Of a stretch of DNA of 49,192 nt, positions 35,101 to 46,680 are shown in pieces. Source of the stretch: Nemertoderma westbladi (taxonomy: Eukaryota; Animalia; Xenacoelomorpha); the NCBI GenBank assembly GCA_032718475.1, contig JAUCBJ010004450.1, forward strand, positions 1 through 49,192, read 5' to 3'. A model generated the notes under the pieces. The model was not told where the DNA came from and made no database searches. It saw only the letters and a list, made by a program, of their open reading frames with translations. The position numbers and the translations under genes were made by a program. Positions within the stretch are counted from its first letter, which is position 1. Each line of letters begins with the position of its first letter.

Positions 35101-37194
35101 ACAGACATCAGAAATGAAATCAGAGACTTGAAAAACCCCCATGGCCAATGTTTTTATTACATAATATGCTTCCTTATTTTTTGACAGACAGACCTGACAG
35201 ACAAACAGACATACATACAGACACAGACAGCATAGAGTTGGTCAGTCGTAAAAACAGACATCAGAAATGAAATCAGAGACCTGAAAAACCCCCATGGCGA
35301 ATGTTTTTATTACATAATATGCTTCCTTATTTTTTTGACAGACAGACCTGACAGACAAACAGACATACATACAGACACAGACAGCATAGAGTTGGTCAGT
35401 CGTAAAAACAGACATCAGAAATGAAATCAGAGACCTGAAAAACCCCCATGGCGAATGTTTTTATTACATAATATGCTTCCTTATTTTTTTGACAGACATA
35501 CCTGACAGACAAACAGACATACATACAGACACAGACAGCATAGAGTTGGTCAGTCGTAAAAACAGACATCAGAAATGAAATCAGAGACCTGAAAAACCCC
35601 CATGGCGAATGTTTTTATTACATAATATGCTTCCTTATTTTTTGACAGACAGACTGACAGACAAACAGACATACATACAGACACAGACAGCATAGAGTTG
35701 GTCAGACGTAAAAACAGACATCAGAAATGACATCAGAGACCTGAAAAACCCCCATGGCGAATGTTTTTATTACGTAATATGCTTCCTTATTTTTTGACAG
35801 ACAGACTGACAGACAAACAGACATACATACAGACACAGACAGCCTAGAGTTGGTCAGTCGTAAAAACAAACATCAGAAATGAAATCACCATCCCTTAAAA
35901 CCCCAATAGCGAGAATGTTAGTAGATTTATTCTTTCCTAAGTCTTGACAGACAAACTCAAAGAAAGACCGACTTTTTGATTAGATTTGTGATTTTACTTT
36001 AGGTTCTGGGGGACATATTAAATCTAGAATCAGACGCGAAAGGGTTAAGCTCAGATAGAGCTACTGTACACATTATAGCTATTGTAGCTACTGTATACAG
36101 TATAGATTAGACAAACAATAAATTTCTACAAAATACGAAGAATAGTGTATGGAATATATATTGGAGTATTCAATCATAATGTAGTCCAATTCTATGTTGA
36201 ATCGCAAGTGGACTTTTCAGTTACTTTTTATTGAATTAAGTTTAATTTTAATTGAGTAACACGAACCAGCGATTCCTTTACCACCGATGGGATTAATAAA
36301 CACGAGTAGTTTCGTAGGACGATTCAATTGATCTAATGTTGATTGAAGATGTTCAGTCCATTTACGACACCACAATTTATCCTTGCAGGTCACAGTGATA
36401 ACACGAACTTTCCACCTATAATAGAGAGTGCATACAGTATATATATCTACTTTATTAGTATTGGCACATTTACTGTATTTGATATTATACTGTACCGTAC
36501 ATTACTATTTTTTGGGATACACCGGAATTGTCACAAATTACATAACACGAATTGCGCAAATGATAGTAGGCCTACAACAATATTTTCATGATTGTGAGAA
36601 ATCTTCATTAGGAAATTATGTTTGGAAAATGTTATATAATTATTATTATTATTTCTTATTATTAATTAACTATTTGTACAGTGAAACTGCGTGAAATGAA
36701 ATGTCGTTATTCTGACACAGGTCTAGCTTATGATAAATATTCAACTAACTATATTGTTCTCTAACTGTAATAAAATAATGTTGGCAGGTGTCAAATATTA
36801 CAATGCCGTATGCTAAAAAATTACATACAGTAACTACTTTATATTACACTTACTGTAAGTGGAGTGTTTCGTACATATTTGATACGATATCCTACATATC
36901 TACTCACACATTATTGGATTTCCTTTTAATCACGTGGATATCGAAGTCTCTCTCTGCCCCCTTCGACAGACTTCCCTTCCCAGTGTTCGGGTACCGTCTC
37001 CTAACGGCCAATATGTCGTCCACAAGAATCTCCCATGTCTTCGCTCCCTTCTCAAATACTAATTTTTTTCGGGATAGAGTGGCTTTATGAAAAGCCCGTT
37101 TAACCAAGACCTCAGAAGATGATAGAATGATATTATCTTCATCTATACTATTTTCTGAAAGGTTTTCCACAGCGAGTTCTACTAGCTGTGTCAT
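25887..37194 (-). CDS. CERK: Ceramide kinase, complete 6-exon CDS (2154 nt, 717 aa)
   Basis: Exons 37194-36908, 36415-36267, 31953-31712, 31361-31229, 30706-29597 and 26119-25887. All GT-AG with matching phases. Motifs RPTKLLVFINPIGGKG, SVGGDGLFAE, LGMIPAGS, CxxxCxxC (CYTDCCVC), AHLGDG, WNCDGE...VHCQAIRIFGRG. Confidence 0.93.
26514..28463 (+). mobile_element. 5'-truncated RTE-clade LINE in CERK intron 5 (RT pseudogene)
   Basis: RT motifs FRGISL, QNGFR, FVDFFKAFDSV, GVLQGDTLAPFLF, LDFADD, FCYLGS. Frameshift near 27000-27050 and in-frame stop at 28257. (TAG)n-like tail. Candidate TSD TACAGCAT at 26506-26513 and 28464-28471. Confidence 0.92.
28466..29399. mobile_element. Second foldback MITE of the same family, TA-flanked
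   Basis: TA-CAGCATGTCCTGGAATATAGTGTCGTTATTCAGGTACA ... TGTACCTGAATAACGACACTATATTCCAGGACATGCTG-TA; arms about 400 bp. Confidence 0.88.
29597..30706 (-). CDS. CERK: CERK exon 5
   Basis: ctccag acceptor and AG|gtaaga donor; AYGFFGD...RWMGPSRY, CYTDCCVC, GLSPCAHLGDG. Confidence 0.92.
30790..31110 (-). mobile_element. Possible SINE-like insertion in CERK intron 4
   Basis: B-box GGTTCGATCC on the minus strand near 31083-31092, GC-richer body, (TTA)-like tail; no clear A-box. Confidence 0.35.
31229..31361 (-). CDS. CERK: CERK exon 4
   Basis: LRLGMIPAGSNNAIAY...DPRTCALHIAMG; splice phases fit. Confidence 0.88.
31712..31953 (-). CDS. CERK: CERK exon 3
   Basis: GIVSVGGDGLFAE ATP-binding motif; ATG|gtaagc donor. 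Confidence 0.9.
33167..34885 (+). CDS. piggyBac transposase (PGBD4-like), 572 aa from the first ATG
   Basis: Acidic Ser-rich N-terminus, DDD triad LSLDESL / MDNWY / MGGVDKTDQ, C-terminal Cys-rich domain CRVC...CTTC...C...CF..YH. Confidence 0.95.
   Translation: MMASTSKYPRRDRGAVKRLGFDSCGSSDSSDVEDAGEDSSSTDYDDSSSSGDKSGNDSGSSDESDDGSSIYQLAADWQIVSDTTGDTPPVRTFTGTPGYISGISTNNYGLEDYLNLFLPPKLFELLASCSNKRMAIERDMRIASNKKELKAKDITIPEMKTFIALTFLMGIVRKGTIYSYWSCDSMLATWYFGECMGRDRYGLILRYLRFSDPAKVVKSEKSSRLTDFMTMFHSIVSVYVPSQELSLDESLMLYKGRLYFKQFIKTKRARFGIKTYKLCDASGYSTRIEVYYGSKTDMVHQEPGCSELSKTENLVVCMMSRTALLDHAYNLNMDNWYCSLRLANYLDSRNTGMRGTMRQDRGVPMELRNTVIQPIASANARCDNVLVIKFHDKKLIHFITTIDKAGDVDKKRYLPGGTTLEYQKPEAIEKYNLWMGGVDKTDQYIASCNAARKTHAWFKKLGIYLLQHLTLNAYIRYKEDKKLKIPFSKFQRDIIVLLTGVQSEHRRHRKRSSIAPIPTNPQHIIDFIPDARRKQCRVCSAQKVRKEVRFECTTCAGKPGMCIGECFRKYHS
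35045..35900. repeat. ~153-bp tandem array (~6 copies) in the piggyBac 3' subterminal region
   Basis: AAAACAGACATCAGAAATGAAATC recurs near 35098, 35251, 35405, 35559, 35711 and 35863. Confidence 0.9.
36267..36415 (-). CDS. CERK: CERK exon 2 (not in ORF track)
   Basis: WKVRVITVTC...RPTKLLVFINPIGGKGIA; phases 2 and 1 match the neighbouring exons. Confidence 0.88.
36908..37194 (-). CDS. CERK: CERK exon 1 (PH-like N-terminus)
   Basis: ATG at 37194, gtgagt donor, phase joins exon 2 in frame. Confidence 0.75.
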
Positions 37195-38907
37195 TTATCA
37201 GTAAACTAAGGTAAAGTAGCAGTCTACATAAGTCGATTTCTGAATTCAGTATACTTAATAATAATATTAGAACTAAAACACAACATGTATTTAATGTTTT
37301 AACTTTTTGACGCTTGATATTATGTTTTATAATAACATATAAATATTATTTAATGATTATAATATTGGTTGGCAGTCGATTAAACCGTTACACGTCAAGT
37401 GCGGTTCCCACGATAACAATATTACTATTTCGATAATCAAACTTGGCCTGATATATTTATTTGCGCACATAGTTCAAGATCAGAGTGTAGACAATCTAAC
37501 AGAAAATGTAATCTATGATACAGCGCCATCTTGTGTTTAGTTCAAGATCATCGCTATTGTTGCCGGGCAACCTCACACGCTCTAACTTTCAATAGTGAAT
37601 TCCGCCATTCTGCAACGTGACCAACGCAGTTTATTTAATAGTCAACTCTCTGCATTTACTTTAATAATGTAATACTGACCGCGACCGGTAGCCGTTCCAG
37701 TATAGTAGAGCAACATGTACATTATGTGTTATACAATGAAGGGATTATAACTTATATAATACAATATAGATACTGTAATATGTACATGTAGAATGTAGTA
37801 TGTAGTATGTCAATTATTTATTGTAATTTTTTTGAAATATTTATGACGCCTGAATATTCTATTATCTATTATGCTCGCCTGAACGTTTGTTAGTTATTTA
37901 TTTATTTATTTGCTCACCTTTACGTACATATCATACTTACTTTATCCAATCTATGTATGTCAACAATGATTATGTTATTTAAATACTCGACATTGTCTGA
38001 ATTGTACTCACCTGCATGTCAATCATATTTTATTATTTATTTATTGTCTGAATTGTGCTCACCGATTAACAGATTAATAGTATATTACTAGTATATTAGT
38101 ATTTTGTTCTTTGTATTATGTTCTTGGTTCCCGTTTATTTATTTCCGTTATTTGTACCGTCAATTGTATCGATTGGACTAATCTATTTTGCCTGTATTAT
38201 TCTGTCTTATTGTCTGTTTGTTGTAAATTGTTCATATTATTACTGTATGCTGTGCAATCACCCGGGATTAGTCAATAAACTAACTAACTAACTAGATGTA
38301 GAATATAATGAACAACTCTGGGAATTTCCTGTTTCAGTGTTTATAGGCTTTGCCCTGGAATATCTTTTTTGGGGTCGGGTATAGGCCTAATTCAGTTTGA
38401 GCACCCGTGTCTGGTAGGCTATTATATAGGGTATATATATCATGTTTTCACAGGTTACATTATTCGAGTAATGGCGGCCTAAATCCACATAGGAAAAATT
38501 ATCTCTTGGGTAAACTCGACGCAAATCCCAAATTGGAATGTGGATCTGATATTATGGAATCGTTACTTATACTAGGGGTATCCATTGTGGTATTTGGTGA
38601 TATGGAATTTGGGAATAAGGAACCTGGGCCTGGGATTTGGGTTTTTGAAGTAAAGTAATATTGATTGCAGTAATATCACTTATCTGCAGTTAACTAGGAC
38701 AATAATTCCCCCCAGGACAATTAATGGTCCAACGCACAATTTCCCCCTAAATTCCTATAATCTTGTAACACAGTTTGGTCGTTTATTGTTTTGGTATTAT
38801 CCCACACGCTTCCGTAACCTGATCCTTTTCTCACCTGTAAAATCGTGTAACTCATGTTACTAACTTGTGTTTATTGTATTGGCTCCAGCCACCAGTTTCT
38901 GTAACCC

Positions 38908-39003
38908 ACTCACCTTAAAGTTGTCTGTGGTGTTCAGTACTCACCTTAAGGTTGTCTCTGGTGTTCTGTTCAGTACTCACCTTAAGGTTGTCTCTGGTGT
39001 TCA
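38908..39003 (-). repeat. Tandem triplication of the DNAJC13 exon end and splice donor
   Basis: AACACCAGAGACAACCTTAAG|GTGAGT occurs at donors 38980 and 38944, with a degenerate third copy at ~38913. Confidence 0.85.
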
Positions 39004-42000
39004 GTAAATCGCTCTCCACTTTCGGGGGCTCATCTATGGAGTCTAAGTAACCTAGCAACCCCAGAGGAAGGGTGCGACGCAAGACTGCCATAGAAACTGG
39101 GTGACCGGTTATCCAAAGTCCAACTAAATGGCGACTTAACTGTCTGGAACAAGAAATAGCGATAGAAAGAAGATCGGGTACATTCTTTATCATTGGTTAG
39201 TGAGTAGGTTAAAAGTTATTGTCATCCTAGGCGACAACAAAAACGTGCTGATCTTAGTTCTAGAACAGGTCGCAATCCTACTCACCTATTGGTTAACATT
39301 CTAGAATCACTCCCTTTGGTAAACAACGCGCAATGCAAATGCTTTGGGAGGGCGCCCTCGGCCAGGGCTAGATCCTGCATCTTGGCAGCTACCTCGGGGT
39401 CAGCCTCCTCCACGATGGCCTTCATCACCAACCCGGCTCCCTTCACGATCGCCATGGATGGGTGTTGGAACAGCCGGTAAATATGCCGACCCAATCCCGC
39501 TACGAGTTCCAATATTGTATCGAAACAAGAAGAATCAGTTGTCTCACTATAAATAATTAAGTTTTTTGTTTCTATTAAACAGCATAGCATACGGTTAATA
39601 AAAAATAATATTTAGTACTACAATTAGAAAAAAAAACAATTTAATTTATACGAAACTATACAACCTAATGATTCTATATTATTTAATGGGAGAATCTTTT
39701 AGGCTCGTTAAAAGCCAAGGAATGCCGGTCCACCACCATGGGTGATCTTCCACAGTAAACCCTTCTATATGTTTCCCAAGTTGCCTTGGTTCCCATTTAT
39801 CGACCATTGAAGGATGAAAGTCAGGGTTGGGCTAGGCTGCAGCATTTAAAGCACTGCCCAAACAGTGCTGCCTCACCTAGGGATCGAACCAGGGCTTCCT
39901 AATTGGAAGCCCGGGAATGTCACCACTATAGACCAAGCTTGCTGCTTGGTCTAGTCAGCGGTTCTAGATTATTCCTTATACCAAATCACAAACATTCTGA
40001 GCTCACCAATCACAAATATCACTCACCTGTAAGGCGAACAAAGGGCAAATGTAAGGAAGTCTAGAAGAGAAGCAATAACAAGAGCGCCAGTCCCTTGGTT
40101 AATGTTCTTTCTTAAGAGATCCAACAAAGTTTCTATGAATGTTTTCGAGGAGAGCAACGATGATTTATTGAGTTGCTCCTGTCTCAGATCGTAATCCTCG
40201 TGCATGGGTTGCATGAGGGCGCAGATCATATCGACGGCGGCGTGAGTTACCCCATCGTTGTTCCGATTCAGGGCGCGAACCACCTTGCGTCCAACTCGTT
40301 CACGGAACCGCGGGATCACTGTGAACGCCTGGAATCCCGCCTTAGACGCCACTAAACTGAAACAAAGTAATAATGAAAGTTAAGTTTACAATGAATACCG
40401 TCAATAACGATTTACTTAAGTCTTGAAATCAAGCACTATTGCAGTTTCCGAGCTATGAATATAATTTAGTGAGCACGACTGTATACCGGTATCTTAATTA
40501 AATCACGAATATTGGATATGATATAAAATCTCTGATCTGAAATTGATAACTCCCAACCCCTAACTAAAAAAATTACAAATTTTGAGCAAAGGGTCTGGTA
40601 ATATGTTCAGTGAATGTCGTCATACCATAACTGAGTTAAGTAACAGATAACTTTCAGTAGAAGCTGTATTTTTAGTTGTTAGGACTGAGGTATTATTGAG
40701 GTAATTAAATCATTTACGAATAGAATGGGTGCGGTGCACCTTTGTAGAACAATTTGGTGGAATAAGCGAAATAAGATCGTCTACGTAGAATAGGATGAAT
40801 ATCGAGATAAGATGTTTGATAAGATATTTCAATAGAACAGAGATTAGCGATGACAGCTTTTAGTCCTGTTTGGTTTAACGTTGCGGAGTTGAGTATAGTT
40901 AGCATGCGTCATCAATATTATAACTATCCGATTGTAGTAACGGGTTGTGATGTTGTCTGTGTCGATCGATGGGATCGTCTTGGGCGAACATCATGGTGAT
41001 TGACAGGTGCAATATAACAAAAACTGCGGTAGATATAGTTATGATAGTCTTGTCGATAAGTCAGTAGAACAGGTTACAGTTTTATTTTTGAGTTTAATCA
41101 GCTCTGTTATTTGTTATTATCTGCTATTATGACATCTCACTTAATAGTCAGATAATGTCTCACCATCACCAAAGGAGCGAAATATATGTGTTATTGAATG
41201 TTAATTAGAGGTTATTGATGTGGGGGACTTTCCACATTAAAATGTTATACGGGATGCATAGTTAATATATTATTTATTGTTGTCCAATGTATCTAATGTA
41301 CGTAATACGATACTAAACAAATGTATCTAAGGTACGTAATACGATACTAAACAATGTAATACAGTACAAAACTTTACAATACAATACTAAGCAATATAAT
41401 ACAGTACAAAACTTTACAATAGAACACTAAACAATACAATACAATGCTTCACAGTACAATACCAGATAATACAATACTTTACTATACAATACACTACAAT
41501 ACGATACAATGCAATACGATACAGTAAAATACAGGCAATACAATACAATAAATACGTTACTATTCTATACAGTACAAATCGGTTTGAGACAATACACTAC
41601 GATAGGCTAAAATCAAGGTTGTAAGGTCTGTATTATCTGTGAGGCCTCTAAAGCACCCCATCTTCCGAATAGATGCATAGTTAGAAACGCGTTCTATGGA
41701 GGTATGGGTGGGTGAGATTGAATGGAAATGTAGAAAGGAGGTCCAATGCATCCTTGGCATATAGCGTGAGCACTCTGAGCATAATGCTTCTATGCTTACT
41801 GTGTTTTGTAAAACACGTATAATAGGATGTCTGCGTCTCATGAGCTGCGGCTTCACTACCAAGTGATTGACATTGAGTTACAAGGACGGAGCCCGAAGTT
41901 CAACCGCTCCGCATTGCTGAGCTTAAGGGAAGTATTTTAGCTCGGTGGTGTGCTTCCTCCCTGGCAGACGCTATTATTAACCAAAAAGACCCCATACAGG

Positions 42001-44054
42001 TAGTTTTGCGCGGGAAGATTTGAACCTTAAAGGCAATTACTACTCTCCCGCCGTTTCTTAACCGTTTTTTTTCAATTTTTTCTTTATATGAAAGGTAATT
42101 TCATAAGCTTCAATAAATTTCACGCACTTTTCTTAATTTAATAATATTTCCCCATTTTTTTCAATAAAAATACAAAAAACATTGTGTTTTTTTCAGGTTT
42201 AAAAATTTTTTAATTTTTTTTACAAAATTGCCAATTTAATTATCAGAAATAGAAATAAAAATAAACGAAAATAAAAAAAATGCATAAAAAATATGATGAA
42301 AATGAACATGCTGGTTCCAAAAAATGTGGTATCGGAAAATAAAAAAGGAAAATAACTCATAAGTTCATAAATTTGGGCGTAAACCATCTAGTTAGCGCGC
42401 AAACTTATACCAATCAGAAAATGTCTACATTTTCAAAAATTATAAATTCGTCCAATTTGTATACCTACCCTATACCCCCCACCCCCCCCCCCCCCCCCCC
42501 CCCGCACACGACAGTGATACCACACAATCAGAAACATATTGCATAAATATATACTTCAACTAAACTCACCGTCTGATGGCGTGGAACTGTTGCTCTAAAT
42601 TAGTATTAGTTATTTCTGATTGGTCTCCTTCATTAGTTAGTAAAGCGGTGAGGGCCCCGTGAATTAATTTCTCTTTGTTCTCAGAAAACAGCCCATCCTG
42701 GGTAACAGCATGGAGAAGTCCGCTGTATTATAAAGAATAATTCATATGGTGACGGTACATTATTTATATCCTCTGTAAATATTGTTATATAAATCTTCTT
42801 CAAAACTCATGAATCACAATATACTAACTTACTGTATATACATGATGCCCGATGATTGTATTTATAGCATTCTAGAACGTTTTGCAAGTAAGATGATGTT
42901 GCTCAGTGCGGAGAAAAGTCGGAACTTTGAAATACTCAAATCTTGCCTTTTCTCATTGAAATTCTCATGTTTCACTTTAAAGTTTGGAGCAAAATATTGA
43001 AAGCGAAAATATAAATTCTCAACAAACCCAATAAAATGTAAATTTCGGAAGGTATATAATATGTATGGGATTTTCAAATTAAATGCGAGCATTAAAGTTA
43101 GTAGAAAGTTTAGGTTAGGTTAGGAGAGGGGTGGGATGGGATGGGGAGATACCTAAATTAAAGCCTGTTTTCGTACTTGATAGGAAAAAGGAAGAGGGGA
43201 GAAAAATATCACGGGGAGAAAAAATACTATTTTTATGGTTGAATTCGTTATTTATTACATATAAAGTTTAAACCGACAACAATACGTTAAATTTATTTAG
43301 TTAGGAACTCCGATATCACCAATAATGGAACAAATCGTGAATCACATGGAAGAAAAGATTTTCAAATTCTGCAGTTTCTTATTAATGAAGACAAGTGTAC
43401 TTTTTTCTGTCACGTTTACAATATGGAGGGCAGAATCTTGGATAAAAACGAACACTTAACGCGCTAAAGTCATTTACATGGACACATTAAAGGTTCTCTT
43501 GGGGAGTGACCTGATTACTAAAGATGACAAACGAATTGGCTTAACTCGTCTGCGATTAAACATGGACTCCATGTAGTAGTACTGGTTCTACAGAACCAAT
43601 GGCAATCAAGAAGATGAATGCACCCAAGTTTCAGTTTAAGTTACACAGCAAAATTACTCGTCTAGATATGTAATGTACGTAGTCTATATTACTTCGCTAT
43701 AGTGAATGATTGTATATCTGTAAAATTGAGTTATAATTTAGTGTAAAAGTACTCGCTATTAATATAAGGGAGTTAAGTGAAAAAATAGTAATAAATACAA
43801 TTACCTATAAGATATATTCGAATTAAAGCGGGAAACTGCCAAACTGAAGTCGCCCTCCGGCGGAACACATATGAACTTTAGATGCTGACTCTCCACCTCC
43901 TCATCAACTGGTATGGTTAAGGGTGCCACTCTGAGTCCCCGTAGAGTTGGCAACATCTTGACGCAAACGTCGCGATTACCAGAAGCGCGGACCCCGTCCA
44001 ACAGCGTGGCGATCAGCGCGTCGCGGTCGCTGGAGAGATAGTCCCGGGAGTAAC
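38981..44054 (-). CDS. DNAJC13: DNAJC13 / RME-8, five consecutive internal exons (partial gene)
   Basis: Exons 44054-43805, 42722-42570, 40356-40027, 39546-39286 and 39143-38981 join in frame: [17 protein letters not shown]...[17 protein letters not shown]...[10 protein letters not shown]...[15 protein letters not shown]...[19 protein letters not shown]...[11 protein letters not shown]...RDNLK. Confidence 0.95.
39695..39945 (-). mobile_element. tRNA-derived SINE with Nin/Deu-type core
   Basis: Minus strand: A-box TGGTCTATAGTGG, B-box GGTTCGATCC, then CCCAACCCTGACTTTCATCCTTCAATGGTCGATAAATGGGAACC, which resembles the Nin/Deu domain. Confidence 0.75.
41285..41555. repeat. Degenerate (CAATA)n-type simple repeat with short direct duplications
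   Basis: Repeated ACAAT/ACAATAC units. Confidence 0.7.
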
Positions 44055-45029
44055 CTAGGCAACAGGTAGAACCACTAAATAAATTAAACTTAACTAAATA
44101 AATTAAACTTACTTAATTATAACCCCAAAAACATTATTCCGTATCAATTAAAAAATTTATTAGTGAGAAAATATCTACATTTGAGACTTTACGCAGCAAA
44201 AACACTCCATTCCAGTACACTATTCGCCAACACTATATTCAGTTTCGGTCTGCAAAGGTATAATGGGGTTTGTAGTTAAGTAGTATTTATCTTGTTAACA
44301 CACGGGTCTTGGTAATAAATAACCGCATAATATACAGAATACGAAAGGTTATATTTAACAATTGACAATATTTTAAAACGCTTGTAAAAATCTAAGGGCT
44401 CAAAATCACAAAAAGTGGCCAAAAAAATTATTTTTTTTGTAAAAAAAAAAGTTTCCCAAAGTATGTAATATTATATATCACCAGAAAGCTCTTGATGCGC
44501 TGAATTCAATGGTGGTAATTTCACAATAGCCCCGACCTCATGGTAACAAATAATTGAGAAAAACAGATGTCCATTCCTGTAACTGCCGATATCAGCCAAT
44601 CAGAGCCATTGAATGGTGATTTCCGATGCCTGTAACAATTTGTCCCACCATGTAACACCAGTTGTAATTACACTGAAATGTTAAATTAACCTAGATTTCG
44701 TCTCCGAGTGGGAGCTATGCAGCCATTCCTGACCCCAGTAACACCTCCCAATAAAGCTTATTTGAAAATATAATCAATCATAAGAAATCTTTATGGTCCC
44801 AATTTCTGGAAAAATTATAAAATATTATAGTTCATCAAATAAACATAAAGAGTTTATTAAAACATTTTAACCACTTTAGGTACTTTAGTGACGATTTATA
44901 TGAAAATTCACAAAGTATGACGAGTTTATTACCGAGTTTATAACTGTATATCACTATGGCTGAGTATCAACCATAGATACCATACTGAGATATCAGTTAG
45001 TCAAAAACTATAAATTGTTCATCAGTTTC

Positions 45030-46350
45030 ATCTCCACCCTCCACAGAACCTCATGTACTCCCCACTCCATCTTCTACACCCTCCATAGATTCTCCTGTAT
45101 TCCAAACGTTATCTTGTATAGCCGCCACGGATCTTCCCATACCCCTCACTCCTACAAAACCTGTAAATTGTTCATTATCACTTTCATCCGCACCCTCCTC
45201 AGATCCACCTGTACTTTCCACTCCATCTTCCCCGCCCTCCTTAGATCCTCCTGTACTTCTCACCCTGTCTCCCACACCCTCCACAGATCCTCCTGTACTT
45301 CTCACCCTGTCTCCCACACCCTCCACAGATCCTCCTGTACTTCTCACCCTGTCTCCCACACCCTCCCCAGATCCTCCTGTACTTCCCACTACCGTCTCCC
45401 ACACCCTGCACAGATCCTCCTGTACTTCTCACCCTGCCTCCTACACCCTCCACAGATCCTCCTGTACTTCTCACCCTGTCCTCCCACACCCTCCACAGAT
45501 CCTCCTGTACTTCTCACCCTGTCTCCCACACCCTCCACAGATCCTCCTGTACTTCCCACTACCGTCTCCCACACCCTGCACAGATCCTCCTGTACTTCTC
45601 ACCCTGCCTCCTACACCCTCCACAGATCCTCCTGTACTTCTCACCCTGTCTCCCACACCCTCCCCAGATCCTCCTGTACTTCCCACTACCGTCTCCCACA
45701 CCCTCCACAGATCCTCCCGTACCTCCCACTCCTGTCTCCCACACCCTCCACAGATCCTCCTGTACTTCCCACTCCTGTCTCCCACACCCTCCCCAGATCC
45801 TCCTGCACTTCCCACTACCGTCTCCCACACCCTGCACAGATCCTCCTGTACTTCTCACCCTGCCTCCTACACCCTCCACAGATCCTCCTGTACTTCTCAC
45901 CCTGTCTCCCACACCCTCCACAGATCCCCCTGTACTTCCCACTCCGTCTCCCACACCCTCCGCAGATCCTCCTGTACTTCTCACCCTATCTCCCACACCC
46001 TCCACAGATCATCCTGTACTTCTCACCCTGTCCCCCACAGCCTCCACAGATCCTCCAGTACTATTCACCCTGTCTCCCACGCCCTCCACAGATCCCTCTG
46101 TACTTATCACCCTGTCTCCCACACCCTCCACAGATCCCCCTGTACTTCCCATTCCGTCTCCCACACCCTCAACAGATCCTCCTGAGCTTCCCACTCCGTC
46201 TCCCACACCCTCCACAGATCCTCCTGTACTTCCCACTCCGTCTCCCATACCCTCCACAGATCCTCCTGTACTTGCCACTCCGTCTCCAGACCCTCCACAG
46301 ATCCTCCTGTACTTTTCACCCTGTCTCCCACACCCTCCACAGATCCTCCC
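45030..46350. repeat. 42-bp C-rich minisatellite (~28-30 copies)
   Basis: Unit CCCTCCACAGATCCTCCTGTACTTCTCACCCTGTCTCCCACA with 41/43-bp variants. Confidence 0.95.
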
Positions 46351-46379
46351 ATTCTCCTCTCGCACATCTCCCTACTGCT

Positions 46380-46680
46380 CTCGCACTAACTACTCCTCTC
46401 GCTCCTCCAACTGCTCCCCTTCCACATCTACCTTTCCCCTCGCACCTCCAACTGCTCCCCTTGCACCTCTACCTTTCCCCTCACACCTCCAACTGCTCCC
46501 CTTGCACCTCTACCTTTTCCCCTCGCACCTCCAACTGCTGCCCCTTGCACCTCTACCTTTTCCCCTCACACCTCCAACTGCTCCCCTTGCACCTCTACCT
46601 TTTCCCCTCACACCTCCAACTGCTCCCCTAGACCTTCTATTTCCCCCCTTTTTCCCCCCACCTCTAACTGCTCCCCTCAC
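46380..46680. repeat. Second pyrimidine-rich minisatellite (~40-41-bp unit)
   Basis: Unit CACCTCCAACTGCTCCCCTTGCACCTCTACCTTTTCCCCTC. Confidence 0.9.

Larger units (their letters stand above)
32386..36044 (+). mobile_element. Full-length piggyBac transposon (3659 bp) in CERK intron 2
   Basis: TTAA at 32382-32385 and 36045-36048. 13-bp TIRs CCCTTTAGCGTCT / AGACGCGAAAGGG with 1 mismatch. Intact transposase ORF. Confidence 0.95.

Noticed and set aside
38700-38840. Candidate next DNAJC13 exon after a ttttacag acceptor
   Set aside because: Translation has no similarity to the expected RME-8 continuation and ends in a stop.
39870-39945. tRNA gene
   Set aside because: A and B boxes are present but it continues into a SINE core with no proper cloverleaf.
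40550-43640. Scattered LINE-like and DNA-transposon-like scraps in DNAJC13 introns
   Set aside because: Too degenerate to assign boundaries or family without a repeat library.
45015-46631. 538-aa ORF and overlapping antisense ORFs
   Set aside because: Translation of stop-poor minisatellites; frames shift with unit indels.
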